Assembly (NCBI RefSeq): GCF_006345805.1
Contig: NW_021827831.1
Location: 1 to 9,950 of the forward strand
Source of the DNA: Octopus sinensis
Taxonomy: Eukaryota
Length of the DNA: 9,950 bases
Reading direction: 5' to 3'
The position numbers were made by a program, and so were the translations under genes. This document shows, piece by piece, positions 7,966 through 9,950 of the stretch. The notes under the pieces are model-generated. The model worked only from the letters and a program-made list of their open reading frames with translations, had not been told where the DNA came from and did no database searches. Every line of letters begins with the position of its first letter. Within the stretch, counting starts at the first letter, position 1.

Positions 7966-8055
7966 TATATGTATATGTATATATAATATATAATATATAT
8001 ATATAGATATATGTATGTAATATATATGTATTATGTATATATGTATGTATGTATA
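7905..8055. repeat. (TA)/(TACATA)/(TATG) microsatellite
   Basis: Direct reading of the sequence. Confidence 0.93.
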
Positions 8056-8121
8056 CTGTAGTACCGTGGTTACGAACGCCTCTGATCACGATAAATCGTG
8101 CCTTATCTATCTATCTATCAT

Positions 8122-8171
<50 letters not shown>

Positions 8172-8265
8172 TATATATATATATATATATATACATACAT
8201 ACATATATATATAAAGCACACGATTTATTCGTGATCAGAAGCATTCGTAAACCGAGTTACTACTG
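8056..8265. mobile_element. pogo/Tigger-like MITE with ~45-bp terminal inverted repeats and a (TA)n interior
   Basis: Left end ctgtagtaccgtggttacgaacgcctctgatcacgataaatcgtg (8056-8100). The right end (8219-8265), reverse-complemented, reads cagtagtaactcggtttacgaatgcttctgatcacgaataaatcgtg. A CAGT..CTCGGTTTACGAA start is Tigger-like. TA flanks the left end and CA the right. Confidence 0.72.
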
Positions 8266-8300
8266 CATGTATAATCAAAACATCATAACGATAGTATAGA

Positions 8301-8718
8301 GAATTATACATCACCCAAATTTATTTATTACAATTTTTCTTCTCATTAAATTCCAATTCCACACGTGTCACTGTTGAATAATCGTCATAATGTTCTTTGA
8401 TGTTGCATCTACGGACATTTCGTTGATGCAGTTGCAACAAATATGCATCCGAGGTAGACGCTCTTGTGCATATTTGTTTAAGGTGTTAACCGTTCGGGTG
8501 GTGGGTGAAGCAATCTCAACCGATTGCATAAAACCCTTGAACAAAACTGCGCATGTATGTCTTCCCGCTGATGAAAAAGCGCCGCAGCTGATTCAACTAA
8601 AAGTTCATAAATGCTTACGTCAAAGGAAATTAGGACAACTACTGAGCAGAAACACGTGTCGGAATGGAATTTAATGAGAACAACACAGCAATAAACAGAT
8701 TTTGATGATGCATGATTC
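8301..8718. repeat. Diverged inverted repeat pair, ~68-bp arms (8301-8368 / 8652-8718)
   Basis: The left arm reverse-complemented, acacgtgtggaattggaatttaatgagaa..aataaa..tgatgtataattc, aligns with the right arm acacgtgtcggaatggaatttaatgagaa..aataaa..tgatgcatgattc. Confidence 0.85.
8562..8664 (+). ncRNA. Degenerate type-I hammerhead ribozyme with long stem II
   Basis: CTGATGA(8568-8574)..GAAA(8649-8652)-CACGTG palindrome-TC (GUC triplet). Stem I ttcc/ggaa is out of register and stem II is eroded. AATAAA follows at ~8690. Confidence 0.55.
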
Positions 8719-8900
8719 CTAATTCGTCTATGGCGTATGAAATCCTTTGAAGTAAACCCTGGATTTACCTGTCAAGTGAAGAACCCTTTAATTGTTTATC
8801 ATTAACAGTTCTCTGTGTTCCGTATCTTTCGGGGCGGTTGACCACATCTGGATTATATCACAGTATTAATAAGGTGCCTGCTCGGATTCCACATCCCTGT

Positions 8901-9950
8901 TATATATATATATATATAATATATATACAATATATATATAGATAATATTTATCAGATATATATATATTTCTTTATATATATATATATATATATATAGTAT
9001 ATTATATACATATAATTTATATATATGCGCATACGTATACATACACGACATTTACAAATGCATAGATACACACAAGCATACACATACGCACATATGCACA
9101 CACATACGTACACACATATATACATGCCTACATAATGCATACACATATACACGTACAGACATATACATGCATACACACACGTACATACACAAATACATAC
9201 ATACATACATACATACATGCATGCATACATACATACATACATACATACATCCATACATCCATACATCCATACATACATGCATACATGCATACATACATGC
9301 ATACATACATACATACATACATACATACATGCATGTATACATACATACATGCATACATACATACATACATACATACATACATGCATGCATACATACATAC
9401 ATACATACATACTTACATACATACATACATGCATGCATACATACATGCATACATGCATACATACATCATGCATACATACATACATACATACATACATACA
9501 TACATACATACATACATGCATGCATACATACATACATACATACATACTTACATACATACATACATGCATGCATACATACATGCATACATGCATACATACA
9601 TGCATACATACATACATACATACATACATACATACATACATGCATGCATACATACATACATACATACTTACATACATACATACATGCATGCATACATACA
9701 TGCATACATACATACATACTTACATACATACATACATGCATGCATACATACATACATACATACATACTTACATACATACATACATACGTACACACATATA
9801 TACATGCCTACATAATGCATACACATATACACGTACAGACATATACATGCATACACACACGTACATACACAAATACATACATACATACATACATACATGC
9901 ATGCATACATACATACATACATCCATACATCCATACATCCATACATACAT
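8901..9950. repeat. (TA)n then (TACA)n/(TGCA) satellite with a 680-bp-offset duplication
   Basis: The block catacgtacacacatatatacatgcctacataatgcatacac..ccatacatcc at ~9103-9278 recurs at ~9783-9950. Confidence 0.95.

Noticed and set aside
8390-8674. 94-aa ORF as a protein-coding gene
   Set aside because: No recognisable motif. It overlaps a hammerhead and an inverted-repeat arm, so it is likely a chance ORF.
8952-9950. Long MYVC/HTYI-repeat ORFs
   Set aside because: They are translations of (TACA)n. The same applies to ORFs at 1158-1817, 2620-3050, 5378-5830, 6788-7133 and 8033-8299.

Overview
Eukaryotic, AT-rich, non-genic window. The microsatellite density and SINE types resemble octopus/coleoid cephalopod DNA (inference). 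No intact host gene is supported, and almost all listed ORFs are translations of microsatellites. Between the (TA)/(CA)/(TACA)/(GAT)/(AAT) tracts lie decayed mobile elements: an RTE-clade LINE reverse-transcriptase fragment (1803-2680), several tRNA-derived CORE-type SINEs, a pogo/Tigger-like MITE, and a cluster of Penelope-like element (PLE) remnants. The PLE signal has three parts. (i) A GIY-YIG endonuclease is split across opposite strands by a clean inversion (4764-4927 minus, 4929-5180 plus). (ii) Five minimal type-I hammerhead ribozyme motifs occur from three unrelated sequence families; the four plus-strand copies each carry a different palindromic hexamer in stem III (CGGCCG, CAGCTG, CGATCG, CACGTG), the signature of dimer-acting hammerheads. 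(iii) Three outward-facing inverted-repeat fold-backs are present, two of them containing hammerhead motifs.
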